Shown here piece after piece: positions 16,439 through 25,621 of a stretch of 64,000 bases of DNA. The notes under the pieces were generated by a model. The model saw only the letters and a program-made list of their open reading frames with translations. It did not search any database and had not been told where the DNA came from. The translations under genes and the position numbers were made by a program. The DNA comes from Minisyncoccia bacterium (GTDB lineage Bacteria > Patescibacteriota > Minisyncoccia > Phycocordibacterales > Phycocordibacteraceae). The stretch is from contig JBEKII010000001.1 of NCBI GenBank assembly GCA_050011835.1, positions 22,473-86,472 of the forward strand. Reading direction: 5' to 3'. The number at the start of each line of letters is the position of its first letter. The first letter of the stretch is position 1.

Positions 16439-17527
16439 ATGAGTATTTTAATTTTCATCATTGTCATTGTTGCGCTTATCGTCGTGCACGAACTCGGGCA
16501 TTTTGTCGTGGCGAAGCTCTCTGGGATGCGCGTGGATGAATTCGGGCTCGGTTATCCGCCGCGCGCGGCGATTATCGGAAAAGCGGGCGAGACCATCCTT
16601 TCGCTTAATTGGTTGCCTTTCGGTGGTTTTGTAAAAATTTACGGCGAAGACGGTGAAGGGAAAGGTTCGCGGGCATTTTCTATGCGCCCGCGCATTTTTC
16701 AGGCGCTAGTTCTTATCGCTGGCATCGCGATGAACCTTCTCTTTGCATACGTGCTTATCACCGGCGCCTTGATTGCGGGTACGCCACGCGCGCTTTCGCC
16801 GGCGGAACTCGCGACCGCTCGCAATGTAGAACTCGCCGTGGCAAACGTGCTTCCCGGAACACCCGCCGCTCTCGCGGGAATTCTCCCAGGAGATTCAATT
16901 CTTGATGCAAAAGATGCGGAAGGGCAATGGCATTCCGTAGACCCCGCGAGTTTCTCGGCGTTTATCGCCGCGAGTCATGGAGATGCAGTTACCCTTGACG
17001 TTAAGCATAATGGGGAAGAATACATTATTACCACGACGCCCGTTGCGGGCGTCGTGCCTAACGATCCTTCACGCTATGCGCTCGGAATTGAAGTCGCCAC
17101 CATCGGTACTGCGCCGCTCTCCCCTGGCTCTGCGGTTATTGAAGGCGCTTCACTCACATGGGGCTCTCTCGCCATAACTACCGCGGGGCTCTGGCATTTT
17201 TTCTACGATATCTTTGTGTTCCATGCAGATTTTTCGCAGGTCGCGGGACCTGTCGGCATCGTGAGCGTCGTCGGCTCCGAAGCGGCGCAAGGCCTCGGCA
17301 GCTTGCTTTCAATCGTGGCGATTATTTCCATTAATCTCGCGCTCATCAATCTTATTCCCGTTCCTGCGCTTGATGGCGGACGACTTCTCTTTGTCATCAT
17401 TGAAGGTATTATTCGCCGCCCGATAAAACCAAGTGTCGCTCATGCGGTCAACTCCGTCGGCTTCGCGCTCCTCGTCTTCCTTATGGTTGTCGTCACTGCC
17501 CACGACATTTTCAAAATCGTTGGGTAG
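16439..17527 (+). CDS. rseP: RIP zinc metalloprotease (site-2 protease)
   Basis: HELGHF motif, PDZ region, LINLIPVPALDGG. Confidence 0.85.
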   Translation: MSILIFIIVIVALIVVHELGHFVVAKLSGMRVDEFGLGYPPRAAIIGKAGETILSLNWLPFGGFVKIYGEDGEGKGSRAFSMRPRIFQALVLIAGIAMNLLFAYVLITGALIAGTPRALSPAELATARNVELAVANVLPGTPAALAGILPGDSILDAKDAEGQWHSVDPASFSAFIAASHGDAVTLDVKHNGEEYIITTTPVAGVVPNDPSRYALGIEVATIGTAPLSPGSAVIEGASLTWGSLAITTAGLWHFFYDIFVFHADFSQVAGPVGIVSVVGSEAAQGLGSLLSIVAIISINLALINLIPVPALDGGRLLFVIIEGIIRRPIKPSVAHAVNSVGFALLVFLMVVVTAHDIFKIVG

Positions 17528-17584
17528 TTACTAAAATCATCATAAAATAAGTCGTTTATTTATCGTTTCTTGTATAAGTGCTGC

Positions 17585-17612
17585 TTGACAATTAAACAGG
17601 CTTGTGTATACT
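17585..17612 (+). promoter_or_regulatory. Sigma70-type promoter (TTGACA-N16-TATACT)
   Basis: Exact TTGACA at 17585-17590 and TATACT at 17607-17612. A leader hairpin follows (atctgcc-ttt-ggcagat, ~17632-17650), then a strong SD AAGGAGGGAGG. Confidence 0.55.
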
Positions 17613-17731
17613 AGCAATAGGTAGTTCTCTGCAAATCTGCCTTTGGCAGATACATCATGTCGAGCTGTAGACATAAAATTCAGCACTCAACGCAGCGGTA
17701 TCGCAAATGCCAAAGCAAGGAGGGAGGAACT

Positions 17732-18253
17732 ATGGACGAATCAATGAACGAATTACTAACACTCAAGGCCTCGATCGAAGAAGCAAGGAAGGGGCAGTTT
17801 CAAGCGAGAAAGGAATTTGCCGCCAAGCTGGTGAATCTTGGGTATTCTCTCTACAACTTGTACAACTTTCCCCATCCAAGCGAAGAAGGCAAAACTGTCT
17901 ACATCCAGATTCAAAATGGCATGGGTAACCTTGAGAATACTTTTAATGGATATTTCCACGTTGAAGTCCATTGGCCAATCTCATGCGTAGAATACGGATG
18001 CGAAGACCCTGATTGTGACGGCGGGCACGTCGACAGTCGCCCTGCGACCGCAGAAGAAGTAATTGCGGTCCTGAAAGAAGACCTTATGGGGAAGATGGAA
18101 GTGGAGTGGAGGGAAAAAGAACGGTGCGACAGCCTTGCCGCTTCGTTACCAAGCGAGCAAGAGCTGGCAAAAATCCGCCATAAAGTTGAGGACGTGATAA
18201 GGAAGGACAAGGGGAAAATCCTTCCTTTTGCAAAACTACTCAATATTATCTGA
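17732..18253 (+). CDS. Hypothetical Cys-rich protein (173 aa)
   Basis: ORF with SD AAGGAGGGAGG 6 nt upstream. Motif CVEYGCEDPDCDGGH. Its own promoter and terminator. Confidence 0.5.
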   Translation: MDESMNELLTLKASIEEARKGQFQARKEFAAKLVNLGYSLYNLYNFPHPSEEGKTVYIQIQNGMGNLENTFNGYFHVEVHWPISCVEYGCEDPDCDGGHVDSRPATAEEVIAVLKEDLMGKMEVEWREKERCDSLAASLPSEQELAKIRHKVEDVIRKDKGKILPFAKLLNII

Positions 18254-18279
18254 GCAGTCAGCTTCACCGTAAGCAAAGC

Positions 18280-18308
18280 CGCAGGGAGTGAACCTGCGGT
18301 TTTTATTA
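18280..18308 (+). terminator. Rho-independent terminator
   Basis: ccgcagg-gagtgaa-cctgcgg followed by tttttatta. Confidence 0.55.
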
Positions 18309-18379
18309 TATTTACCTAAATGTTACATACAATGTCTTCAAGATTGTTGGATAATCGCTCCGGGCGTATACTATGGCGC

Positions 18380-19624
18380 ATGAGGCAGTCACGGCTTTTT
18401 ACTAAAGTGCGGCGCGAAGCGCCCACGGACGAGGTCGCGAAGAACGCTCAATTGCTCGTGCGTGCTGGCTACATTCATAAAGAAATGGCGGGCGTCTACG
18501 ATTATCTTCCGCTCGGTTTACGCACACTCAATAAAATTATCGGCATCATCCGCGAAGAGATGAATGCGATCGGCGGCGAAGAAGTATTTCTTTCAACGTT
18601 GCAAGAACCTGAATTATGGAAGAAGAGCGGGCGCTGGGACGACAGGGCCGTTGATATGTGGTTCAAAACACATTTGAAAAATGGCGGTGAGCTCGGTCTC
18701 GGCAACACGCACGAAGAGGCGCTCACTGCGCTTATGAAAGAGCACGTCGCCTCATACAAAGATCTACCGCGCTACGTGTATCAATTTCAAAATAAGTTTC
18801 GTAACGAGACGCGTGCGAAGTCCGGTATTATACGAACTCGCGAGTTCATTATGAAAGACCTGTATTCGTTCTCAAAAAACAGTACACAGCATATGGAATT
18901 TTATGAAAAAGCCGCCGCCGCATATGAAAAAATTTTTAAACGTACCGGCATCGGCGGGAAAACGTATCGCACATTCGCTTCAGGTGGCTCATTCAGTAAA
19001 TATTCTCACGAATTTCAAACTATGTGCAATGTCGGCGAAGACATTATTTATGTGGACGAAGAGAAACGCGTTGCGGTTAATAAAGAAATCTATGATGACC
19101 AAGGTGTTTATGCAACTACCGGCATCAACAAGGCGAGGCTTAAAGAAGCTAAGGCCATTGAGGTTGGAAATATTTTCACTCTCGGCACGCGATTTTCTGA
19201 AGCGCTTGGCCTTCTATATAAAGATGCAGAAGGGAAGGCGGTGCCCGTTTTTATGGGTAGTTATGGCATCGGCCCCGCGCGGCTTATGGGTACCATCGTG
19301 GAGCTTATGGCTAATGAAAAAGGTCTCGTCTGGCCAGAATCGGTCGCACCGTTTGCGTTCCACCTTGTCTCTCTGGGAAAGTCCGACGATGAAATTTCAG
19401 GAACCGCCGACAAGCTTTACGATGAATTGACGAAAAAGGGTATTGAAGTTCTTTATGACGACCGCGATATGTCCGCTGGGCAGAAGTTCGTAGAGAGCGA
19501 CCTTATCGGCATTCCGCGCAGAATTATAGTTGGCAGGGATGCCGTTACGACCAATATTTTTGAAGTAGTGAATCGCGCGACTGGAGAAGTCGCGAAAGTG
19601 CCGCGCGCAGAACTCTTTGCGTAG
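18380..19624 (+). CDS. proS: Prolyl-tRNA synthetase (compact form)
   Basis: MRQSRLFTKVRREAPTDEVAKNAQLLVRAGYIHKEMAGVYDYLPLGLRTLNKI plus class II motifs. Confidence 0.8.
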   Translation: MRQSRLFTKVRREAPTDEVAKNAQLLVRAGYIHKEMAGVYDYLPLGLRTLNKIIGIIREEMNAIGGEEVFLSTLQEPELWKKSGRWDDRAVDMWFKTHLKNGGELGLGNTHEEALTALMKEHVASYKDLPRYVYQFQNKFRNETRAKSGIIRTREFIMKDLYSFSKNSTQHMEFYEKAAAAYEKIFKRTGIGGKTYRTFASGGSFSKYSHEFQTMCNVGEDIIYVDEEKRVAVNKEIYDDQGVYATTGINKARLKEAKAIEVGNIFTLGTRFSEALGLLYKDAEGKAVPVFMGSYGIGPARLMGTIVELMANEKGLVWPESVAPFAFHLVSLGKSDDEISGTADKLYDELTKKGIEVLYDDRDMSAGQKFVESDLIGIPRRIIVGRDAVTTNIFEVVNRATGEVAKVPRAELFA

Positions 19625-19627
19625 CGT

Positions 19628-20680
19628 ATGGCAAAATTTTCAAAGAATTTATTTTTTAGCAGCGATATTGCCATTGACCTTGGAACGACAAATACGCTCG
19701 TCTATGTGCGAGGGCGAGGCATTGTTATCAACGAGCCGTCGGTCGTGGCGGTGAACGATAAGACCCATCAAATTGTCGCCGTGGGAAAAGAGGCGAAAAC
19801 GATGCTCGGGAAAACGCCCGCGCATATCCGCGTCGTGCGTCCTTTGTCACACGGCGTTATATCCGACTTTGAGATTACAGAGGAACTTCTTTCCTATCTC
19901 ATCAATAAGGCGCATAACGGCCGCATGCGGTTATTCGGTCCGCGAATCGTGATAGGCGTGCCAACGGGCGTAACTAATGTGCAGAGCCGCGCGGTGCGCG
20001 ACGCGGCGCGCAATGCGGGCACTCGCGAGACAATAATCTTAGAGGAATCGGTCGCTGGTGCTATTGGCGCGAAATTGCCAGTTGCCGAAGCCGTGGGGAC
20101 GATGGTGCTCGATATCGGCGGCGGCACGACCGATATTTCTGTTATCGCGCTCAAGGGTGTCGTCGCTTCTCGGAGTTCGCATGTCGCCGGCGATCGCTTC
20201 AATGAAAATATTATTGACTTTGTGCGAAGCGAATTCAAACTCGGCATCGGCGAGCGTACTGCCGAGGACGTTAAAATTGCGATTGGCGCGGTTATGCCGC
20301 TTTCCGAAACGCTCTCGCGAAGCGTGCGTGGCCGCGATTTCGCGACGGGACTTCCGCGCGAGGTGACGCTCACCGACGCGCACATACGCGAAGCGACCGC
20401 ATCCTCGCTGGACGCGCTTATGGATACGATGAAAGAAGTTATTGAAGCGACGCCGCCCGAACTTCTCTCCGATGTCTTAGAGCGCGGCGTAACGGTCTTC
20501 GGCGGCGGCGCGCTCCTGCGTGGTCTGCCGCAAATACTTGCGAAGATGCTTGGCGTACCGGTTAAGGTCGCACCGGACCCGCTTACGGCGGTTGTGCGCG
20601 GCGCGGGCATTGTGACCGAAGACCCGGCGCCATACGCGGACTTTTTTATCGATGAAGAGGACATTCTTAGTGAAGCGTAA
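19628..20680 (+). CDS. mreB: MreB (paralog 2), first gene of mreBCD-mrdA
   Basis: IAIDLGTTNTLVYV...LDIGGGTTDISVIA...GGGALLRGL. Confidence 0.85.
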   Translation: MAKFSKNLFFSSDIAIDLGTTNTLVYVRGRGIVINEPSVVAVNDKTHQIVAVGKEAKTMLGKTPAHIRVVRPLSHGVISDFEITEELLSYLINKAHNGRMRLFGPRIVIGVPTGVTNVQSRAVRDAARNAGTRETIILEESVAGAIGAKLPVAEAVGTMVLDIGGGTTDISVIALKGVVASRSSHVAGDRFNENIIDFVRSEFKLGIGERTAEDVKIAIGAVMPLSETLSRSVRGRDFATGLPREVTLTDAHIREATASSLDALMDTMKEVIEATPPELLSDVLERGVTVFGGGALLRGLPQILAKMLGVPVKVAPDPLTAVVRGAGIVTEDPAPYADFFIDEEDILSEA

Positions 20681-21482
20681 TGCACTTTTTTCGTCCACGG
20701 GCGTCTCGTGGGGCGCTCTCGCCCTCGCGTGCGCCCTTATCGTGCTCCTGGTGCGGCTTCTCGCACCGAATTTTTTCTGGTATGCCGTTGCACCGGTATT
20801 TAAAAGTGCGAACGCTTTTGCGACAACGGGCCATTCTTTTTTTACCAGTTTTAGTAACGTATCCGTACTCGCCTCAAGGAATGAACAATTGGTAAACGAG
20901 AACGCCGCGCTCGCGAACGAGAATCAAACTCTTTCTCAAAAAGTAGCGGATATTTCAGCGCTCTTTAGTTCTCAATCGACGAAGGGGAACACTCCTTTGG
21001 GAATTCTTGCCGGCGTCGTCGCTCGTCCGCCCGAGAGTCCCTACGACACACTCGTGCTCGCCGCAGGCAAGAACGCAGGGGTTGTGGCTGGCATGGAAGT
21101 GTTCGGGAGCGGCGGCGTTCCTCTTGGCATTGTCTCGTCGGTTCTCGCTGATTTTTCGCGCGCAACGCTTTTTTCGGCGCCGGGTGCGAGCACTGCCGGC
21201 TGGATTGGCACTAACAATATGCCGCTTACCATCTCTGGTGGCGGTGCGGGCGCGATGAATGCTACAGCAGCGCGTTCCGCGAATATTAAAGTTGGCGATA
21301 CCGTATTTGTGCCCGGTCCCGGGATGCTTCCGATAGGTACCGTCACGCGCATTGAAAGCGACCCTTCTTCGCCGTCTGTTACGTTGCGTATTCAGCCCAT
21401 GCTCAACCCATTTTCAATAGCATGGGTTACGGTACGCGATACGGGCTCGGCACTCTTGTTCGCGACCTCCACGTTCCTATGA
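20652..21482 (+). CDS. mreC: Rod shape-determining protein MreC
   Basis: N-terminal TM segment, coiled-coil NEQLVNENAALANENQTL, C-terminal beta domain. Sits after mreB. Confidence 0.65.
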   Translation: MKRTFLVKRNALFSSTGVSWGALALACALIVLLVRLLAPNFFWYAVAPVFKSANAFATTGHSFFTSFSNVSVLASRNEQLVNENAALANENQTLSQKVADISALFSSQSTKGNTPLGILAGVVARPPESPYDTLVLAAGKNAGVVAGMEVFGSGGVPLGIVSSVLADFSRATLFSAPGASTAGWIGTNNMPLTISGGGAGAMNATAARSANIKVGDTVFVPGPGMLPIGTVTRIESDPSSPSVTLRIQPMLNPFSIAWVTVRDTGSALLFATSTFL

Positions 21483-21733
21483 TACGCGGGATACTGACGC
21501 TCTTTGTGTTTATTTCCATCATATTCTTTCCGTGGCCATTTGCCGCCGCGCTCGCGCTCGTTTCTTCACTTTCTATACCGCTTTTGCCCTTAGCCGCCGG
21601 CATATTTATGGATACGCTCTATCACACGCCGCAAGCGAATATGCTGCCGCTCTTCACGCTCTACGGAGCTGTAATAACCAGTATCGCATTCTTCGTGCGC
21701 GGCCGGCTCAAGACGAGTATTATCAAGGAATGA
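21479..21733 (+). CDS. mreD: MreD-like small membrane protein
   Basis: Hydrophobic 84-aa ORF overlapping mreC and mrdA by 4 bp each. Confidence 0.45.
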   Translation: MIRGILTLFVFISIIFFPWPFAAALALVSSLSIPLLPLAAGIFMDTLYHTPQANMLPLFTLYGAVITSIAFFVRGRLKTSIIKE

Positions 21734-23418
21734 AACGACGACGTCAGCGTCAACGAGATTCGGAAATTGCTCCCGATGAGATATTTCTTGACGCGTCAAA
21801 CGTTTCCGATTTTGACCGCGCCCGTCTTGAAGGTCGATTGGAGAAGCCACTTTCGCACAGGATGTTCGTCTCTCTTGCCGGTGCACTCGCCATTCTCCTT
21901 TTCATCCTTATTGTTCGCACGTGGAGTCTTGAAATTACCAACGGCGCTGCTTTCGCTGCCGAAAGCGCACACAATAGTTTGGAAGTTACGACGCTTTTTG
22001 CGCCGCGCGGTGTCATTACCGACCTTCATGGTGTTGTGCTTGCCGATAATGTAGAGAAACCGGATGGAAGTATCGCGCGCAATTACCCGGTACCTTCTCT
22101 TGGTCAGACCATCGGCTACGTTTCTTATCCAAAAAAGGATTCAAACGGAATTTATTACGATACAAACGAAACGGGCGTCGCCGGTCTTGAGGCCGAGTAC
22201 GACTCGCTTCTCGCTGGAAAGAATGGTCAGTTACTCACCGAGACAGACGCGCTCGGCCGTGTCCGCTCGGAAGGAACCATCATTGAACCGGAAGAAGGCA
22301 AAACGTTACAGCTTTCAATTGATGCGAATCTTGAAAGTCTTTTCGCTCGCGCGATAGAGGATACCGCGAACAGCCAGCACTTCATCGCCGGAGCGGGCGT
22401 TATCCTTGATGTGAATACCGGCGCGGTGCGCGCCATCGTCTCCTACCCGAGTTACGACCCGAATGTGATGAGTGACGGTGGTCCGTCAAACGTTATTGCC
22501 GGATACAACGCGAATCCGGGGCATCCATTTCTCGCTCACGCCGTGCAAGGCATGTATGCTCCCGGTTCTATCGTAAAGCCGTTCATCGCTTCCGGAGCAC
22601 TCACGGACGGTCTTATCACGCCGAATACCGTTATTGATGACCCCGGCTTCCTCTCGTTGCCCGACCCCTACCATCCGGGCAAAGAGTTTATCTATAAAGG
22701 TTGGGCGGCGCTCGGTCCGGTAGATGTGAGAAAGGCAATCGCGTGGTCCTCCGATATTTTCTTTTATACGGTCGGCGGCGGTTTTGGAAATCAGAAAGGC
22801 CTCGGCATTGACCGGCTTGATTATTGGTATAAACAATTTGGTCTCGGGAGTCCGACCGGTATTGACCTGCCCGGAGAAACGAATGGAATTATTCCGACCC
22901 CCGCGTGGAAGCAAGCGACTTTCCATGAGCCCTGGTATCTCGGCGATACGTACTTTACCGCGATTGGGCAGTATGCAATGCAGGTGACGCCGATACAGAT
23001 GGCGCGCGCCATTGCTGCAGTGGCAAACGGCGGGCGGCTTTACACGCCGACATTGCTCGCGGAAGCAACGCCCGCGTATACGATGGTACTGGCAGATGCT
23101 TCCGCACTTGAGGTTGTGCGTGAGGGCATGCGCGAAGGCGTGACGAATGCTCTTGCGAACGCGATAAACCTTCCTTATGTCAGTGTCGCGGCGAAGACCG
23201 GTACCGCGCAGACAGGTGCGAACAACCAATATGACAACGCGTGGGTTGAAGGGTTTTTCCCGTATGAACATCCGCAGTATGCTTTTGCGGTCGTACTTGA
23301 ACGTGGTCCGTCGGGCGCGGGTGAACAGGCGGTGAATGTCATGCGCGAACTTTTTGACTCTTTGTATGCCGAAAATTCTCTGTATGTCGGCTTTGCGACC
23401 AGTACCGCGATGCAGTAG
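21730..23418 (+). CDS. mrdA: Penicillin-binding protein 2 (peptidoglycan D,D-transpeptidase)
   Basis: Membrane anchor plus transpeptidase domain (SIVKP SxxK, KTGTA). Sits after mreCD. Confidence 0.8.
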   Translation: MKRRRQRQRDSEIAPDEIFLDASNVSDFDRARLEGRLEKPLSHRMFVSLAGALAILLFILIVRTWSLEITNGAAFAAESAHNSLEVTTLFAPRGVITDLHGVVLADNVEKPDGSIARNYPVPSLGQTIGYVSYPKKDSNGIYYDTNETGVAGLEAEYDSLLAGKNGQLLTETDALGRVRSEGTIIEPEEGKTLQLSIDANLESLFARAIEDTANSQHFIAGAGVILDVNTGAVRAIVSYPSYDPNVMSDGGPSNVIAGYNANPGHPFLAHAVQGMYAPGSIVKPFIASGALTDGLITPNTVIDDPGFLSLPDPYHPGKEFIYKGWAALGPVDVRKAIAWSSDIFFYTVGGGFGNQKGLGIDRLDYWYKQFGLGSPTGIDLPGETNGIIPTPAWKQATFHEPWYLGDTYFTAIGQYAMQVTPIQMARAIAAVANGGRLYTPTLLAEATPAYTMVLADASALEVVREGMREGVTNALANAINLPYVSVAAKTGTAQTGANNQYDNAWVEGFFPYEHPQYAFAVVLERGPSGAGEQAVNVMRELFDSLYAENSLYVGFATSTAMQ

Positions 23419-23460
23419 CTGTTGCACTCTCGCGCTACTCGCGTACAATGCGCACAACCT

Positions 23461-23934
23461 ATGGCTGACCTGCAAGATTCTGTCGTCTCACAAGAGAAAT
23501 TTGATGAGATGATAAAAGAATTGGAATATTTGAAAACAGTGCGGCGCACTGAAATCGCCAAAAATTTGGAGTACGCACGTTCACTCGGCGACCTTTCGGA
23601 GAATGCGGAATATCAAGAGGCACGCGACCTGCAGACCGCGACTGAAGAGCGCATCAAAAAGCTGGAAGATTTGGTGAAGAACACGAAAATTCTCACCGAT
23701 GGAAAAAAGAAAAACGAAGTCAGCTTCGATTCAAAGGTTTCTATTAAAAAAGAGGGAAGTACTGACGTGCACGAGTACACCATTGTTGGCAGCGAGGAGG
23801 CCGATATGCGCGTGAAAAAACTCTCGCACGTTTCTCCGCTCGGCGCCGCACTTATGGGAAAGAAAAAGGGAGACGTTTTTACTTTTGAGACCCCGACGGG
23901 GAAACAGACTTACATAATTGAAAAGGTGGCATAA
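23461..23934 (+). CDS. greA: Transcription elongation factor GreA
   Basis: GDLSENAEYQEARD motif. C-terminal FKBP-like domain. Confidence 0.85.
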   Translation: MADLQDSVVSQEKFDEMIKELEYLKTVRRTEIAKNLEYARSLGDLSENAEYQEARDLQTATEERIKKLEDLVKNTKILTDGKKKNEVSFDSKVSIKKEGSTDVHEYTIVGSEEADMRVKKLSHVSPLGAALMGKKKGDVFTFETPTGKQTYIIEKVA

Positions 23935-23940
23935 AGAAAA

Positions 23941-23977
23941 GGGCGGGAGACTTGGTCTCCCGCCCTTCGCCCTTTTT
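23941..23977. terminator. Bidirectional intrinsic terminator
   Basis: gggcgggagac-ttgg-tctcccgccc then cttttt. Upstream run aaagaaaa. Confidence 0.65.
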
Positions 23978-23982
23978 GTGCA

Positions 23983-24735
23983 TTATGCGCTGATTTTTTT
24001 CGGCATCATTCGTTTGATGACTTGGGCGATGACGAACGATGCGGCCATTGCAACGAGCAGAAAAGCCAAATAATATACAACATCATTCTGTCCGATTGTG
24101 AACGTTCTTGCGCCTTCACCCACAAACCCGCAGGTGAGTCCACCTGCGACGAATCCTGTAAGTCCGCTCGCAAGTCCGCCTGCGAGCAATCCCACGAGCA
24201 TACTTATTAAGCTAGTGCCGATGTTTGATGATTCTGTAAACAACGTGCCTATGAGCATGCTTATGGGTATTGCGGCGTAGAAAACGGAAAGCTTTTTTGC
24301 TCCTGCTCCAGATAGCAAGTTTATGATACTCGTTATTAAGATCAACAAAACCGGCATCCAGAGAAGTAATATGGAGAAGAGATAACTGTCATGAGGCTCG
24401 TTAAATTCTGTGGTCCTGCTTACGAACCATGCGCCATTATGGTACATCACAATCCTATCTACATGCATAATCTTTTCTTTGATCAGGGGAAAGGAAAACG
24501 AGGGAATTTGTTCCACTTTGTCCGTGGTCAACACTTTTTCCTTCTCGCCAGTGAAGAGTTTATATGCCTCATCGGCTGGGATTCCCGGCGGAACGTTGAA
24601 GGCAAGAATCACTTGCGTGATCTCCTTCGCGATGAGCGTTCCGTTTTGAATGATTACCTCGCGTTCGGCGCGAGCTGTGTTGCATACGACGAACACCGCC
24701 CAAATAGTTGCCATGACAAAGAACATTTTTCTCAT
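23983..24735 (-). CDS. Hypothetical secreted/membrane protein (paralog A). Signal peptide, ~110-aa domain, Gly-rich TM helices.
   Basis: MRKMFFVMATIWAVFVVCNTARAEREVI... Promoter TTGACA-N16-TATCAT on the minus strand (24794-24821). SD AAAGGAGG. Confidence 0.6.
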   Translation of the reverse strand: MRKMFFVMATIWAVFVVCNTARAEREVIIQNGTLIAKEITQVILAFNVPPGIPADEAYKLFTGEKEKVLTTDKVEQIPSFSFPLIKEKIMHVDRIVMYHNGAWFVSRTTEFNEPHDSYLFSILLLWMPVLLILITSIINLLSGAGAKKLSVFYAAIPISMLIGTLFTESSNIGTSLISMLVGLLAGGLASGLTGFVAGGLTCGFVGEGARTFTIGQNDVVYYLAFLLVAMAASFVIAQVIKRMMPKKISA

Positions 24736-24852
24736 TTCATTACCTCCTTTTTCGGCTTTTCAGGCCGAAATGAATTTTTATGCGTCTATAAATATGATAA
24801 TCTAAAAAGACATCTTGTCAAGCGTTGGTACGATTGAGAAGATGGCATAAAG

Positions 24853-24884
24853 AAAAAGGCGGGAGATTGCTCCCGCCTTTTTGG
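24853..24884. terminator. Bidirectional intrinsic terminator (copy of the 23941 element)
   Basis: ggcgggagattgctcccgcc then ttttt. Preceded by the same ggcataaagaaaa string. Confidence 0.6.
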
Positions 24885-24896
24885 TCCCGATGTCTA

Positions 24897-25526
24897 TTAT
24901 GACTTGTGGCAATCAGCCATATCAAGTGCCTTTTTCGTTTCCATTACGACATCCACAAGCTGGCCAATGATGAATGACACAGCTACGATCGTGAACAAGA
25001 AGAGAAAGTATTGTAAAACGCTTTTATAATCCTCTCTTACGAATAAGCACGCGAATAAGAGCGCAAAGGGTCCCGCGATCAGGATGTAAGAGAGAGACTT
25101 CATTCTCGTCCTTGCGTGGAATAACGGAACCATAATGCTCACTCCCAGAATCACCAAAATTGGTATCCAGAGAAATAATATAGAAACGCCATAACTGTTG
25201 TGGAATTCGTTGAGCTCCATGGTTTTATCCACAAACCATTTGCCGTTAGGATACGACACGGCTTTGTTCACATAGACAACCTTTACTTTGATCAAAGGAA
25301 AAGAAAATGAATACATCAGTCCCTCTTTTCCCCTGATCGGTATTTCCCTTATTCCCCCGGTAACCAACTTCTTCGCATCTTCGGTCGAGAGCTCCGGAGG
25401 AACGTGCCTCGCGAGAATTTTCACAAGCGTTTTGTCTCCAATGATTGCCTCGTGTTCAGCGCGGACGGTGTCGTACATAACGAGCACCATTACTACGATA
25501 ACCATTGCAAAGAACAATTTTTTCAT
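24897..25526 (-). CDS. Hypothetical secreted/membrane protein (paralog B)
   Basis: MKKLFFAMVIVVMVLVMYDTVRAEHEAI... aligns with paralog A. Minus-strand promoter TTGACA-N17-TATTCT (25564-25592). Confidence 0.6.
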   Translation of the reverse strand: MKKLFFAMVIVVMVLVMYDTVRAEHEAIIGDKTLVKILARHVPPELSTEDAKKLVTGGIREIPIRGKEGLMYSFSFPLIKVKVVYVNKAVSYPNGKWFVDKTMELNEFHNSYGVSILFLWIPILVILGVSIMVPLFHARTRMKSLSYILIAGPFALLFACLFVREDYKSVLQYFLFLFTIVAVSFIIGQLVDVVMETKKALDMADCHKS

Positions 25527-25621
25527 GACCTTCTCCTTTCATTAGGATTTGATTTCTGAAATGAGAATATGTAATTCAATATATTTTGTCAAGCGAAACA
25601 ACGGCGTGATACGATACATTT

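Noticed and set aside
19894-20685. 263-aa minus-strand ORF
   Set aside because: Antisense to mreB2. Ser/Arg/Ala-rich, typical of spurious ORFs in GC-rich coding sequence. The same applies to 9820-10179, 15787-16353, 22486-23475, 41152-41685, 45627-46163 and 32153-32764.
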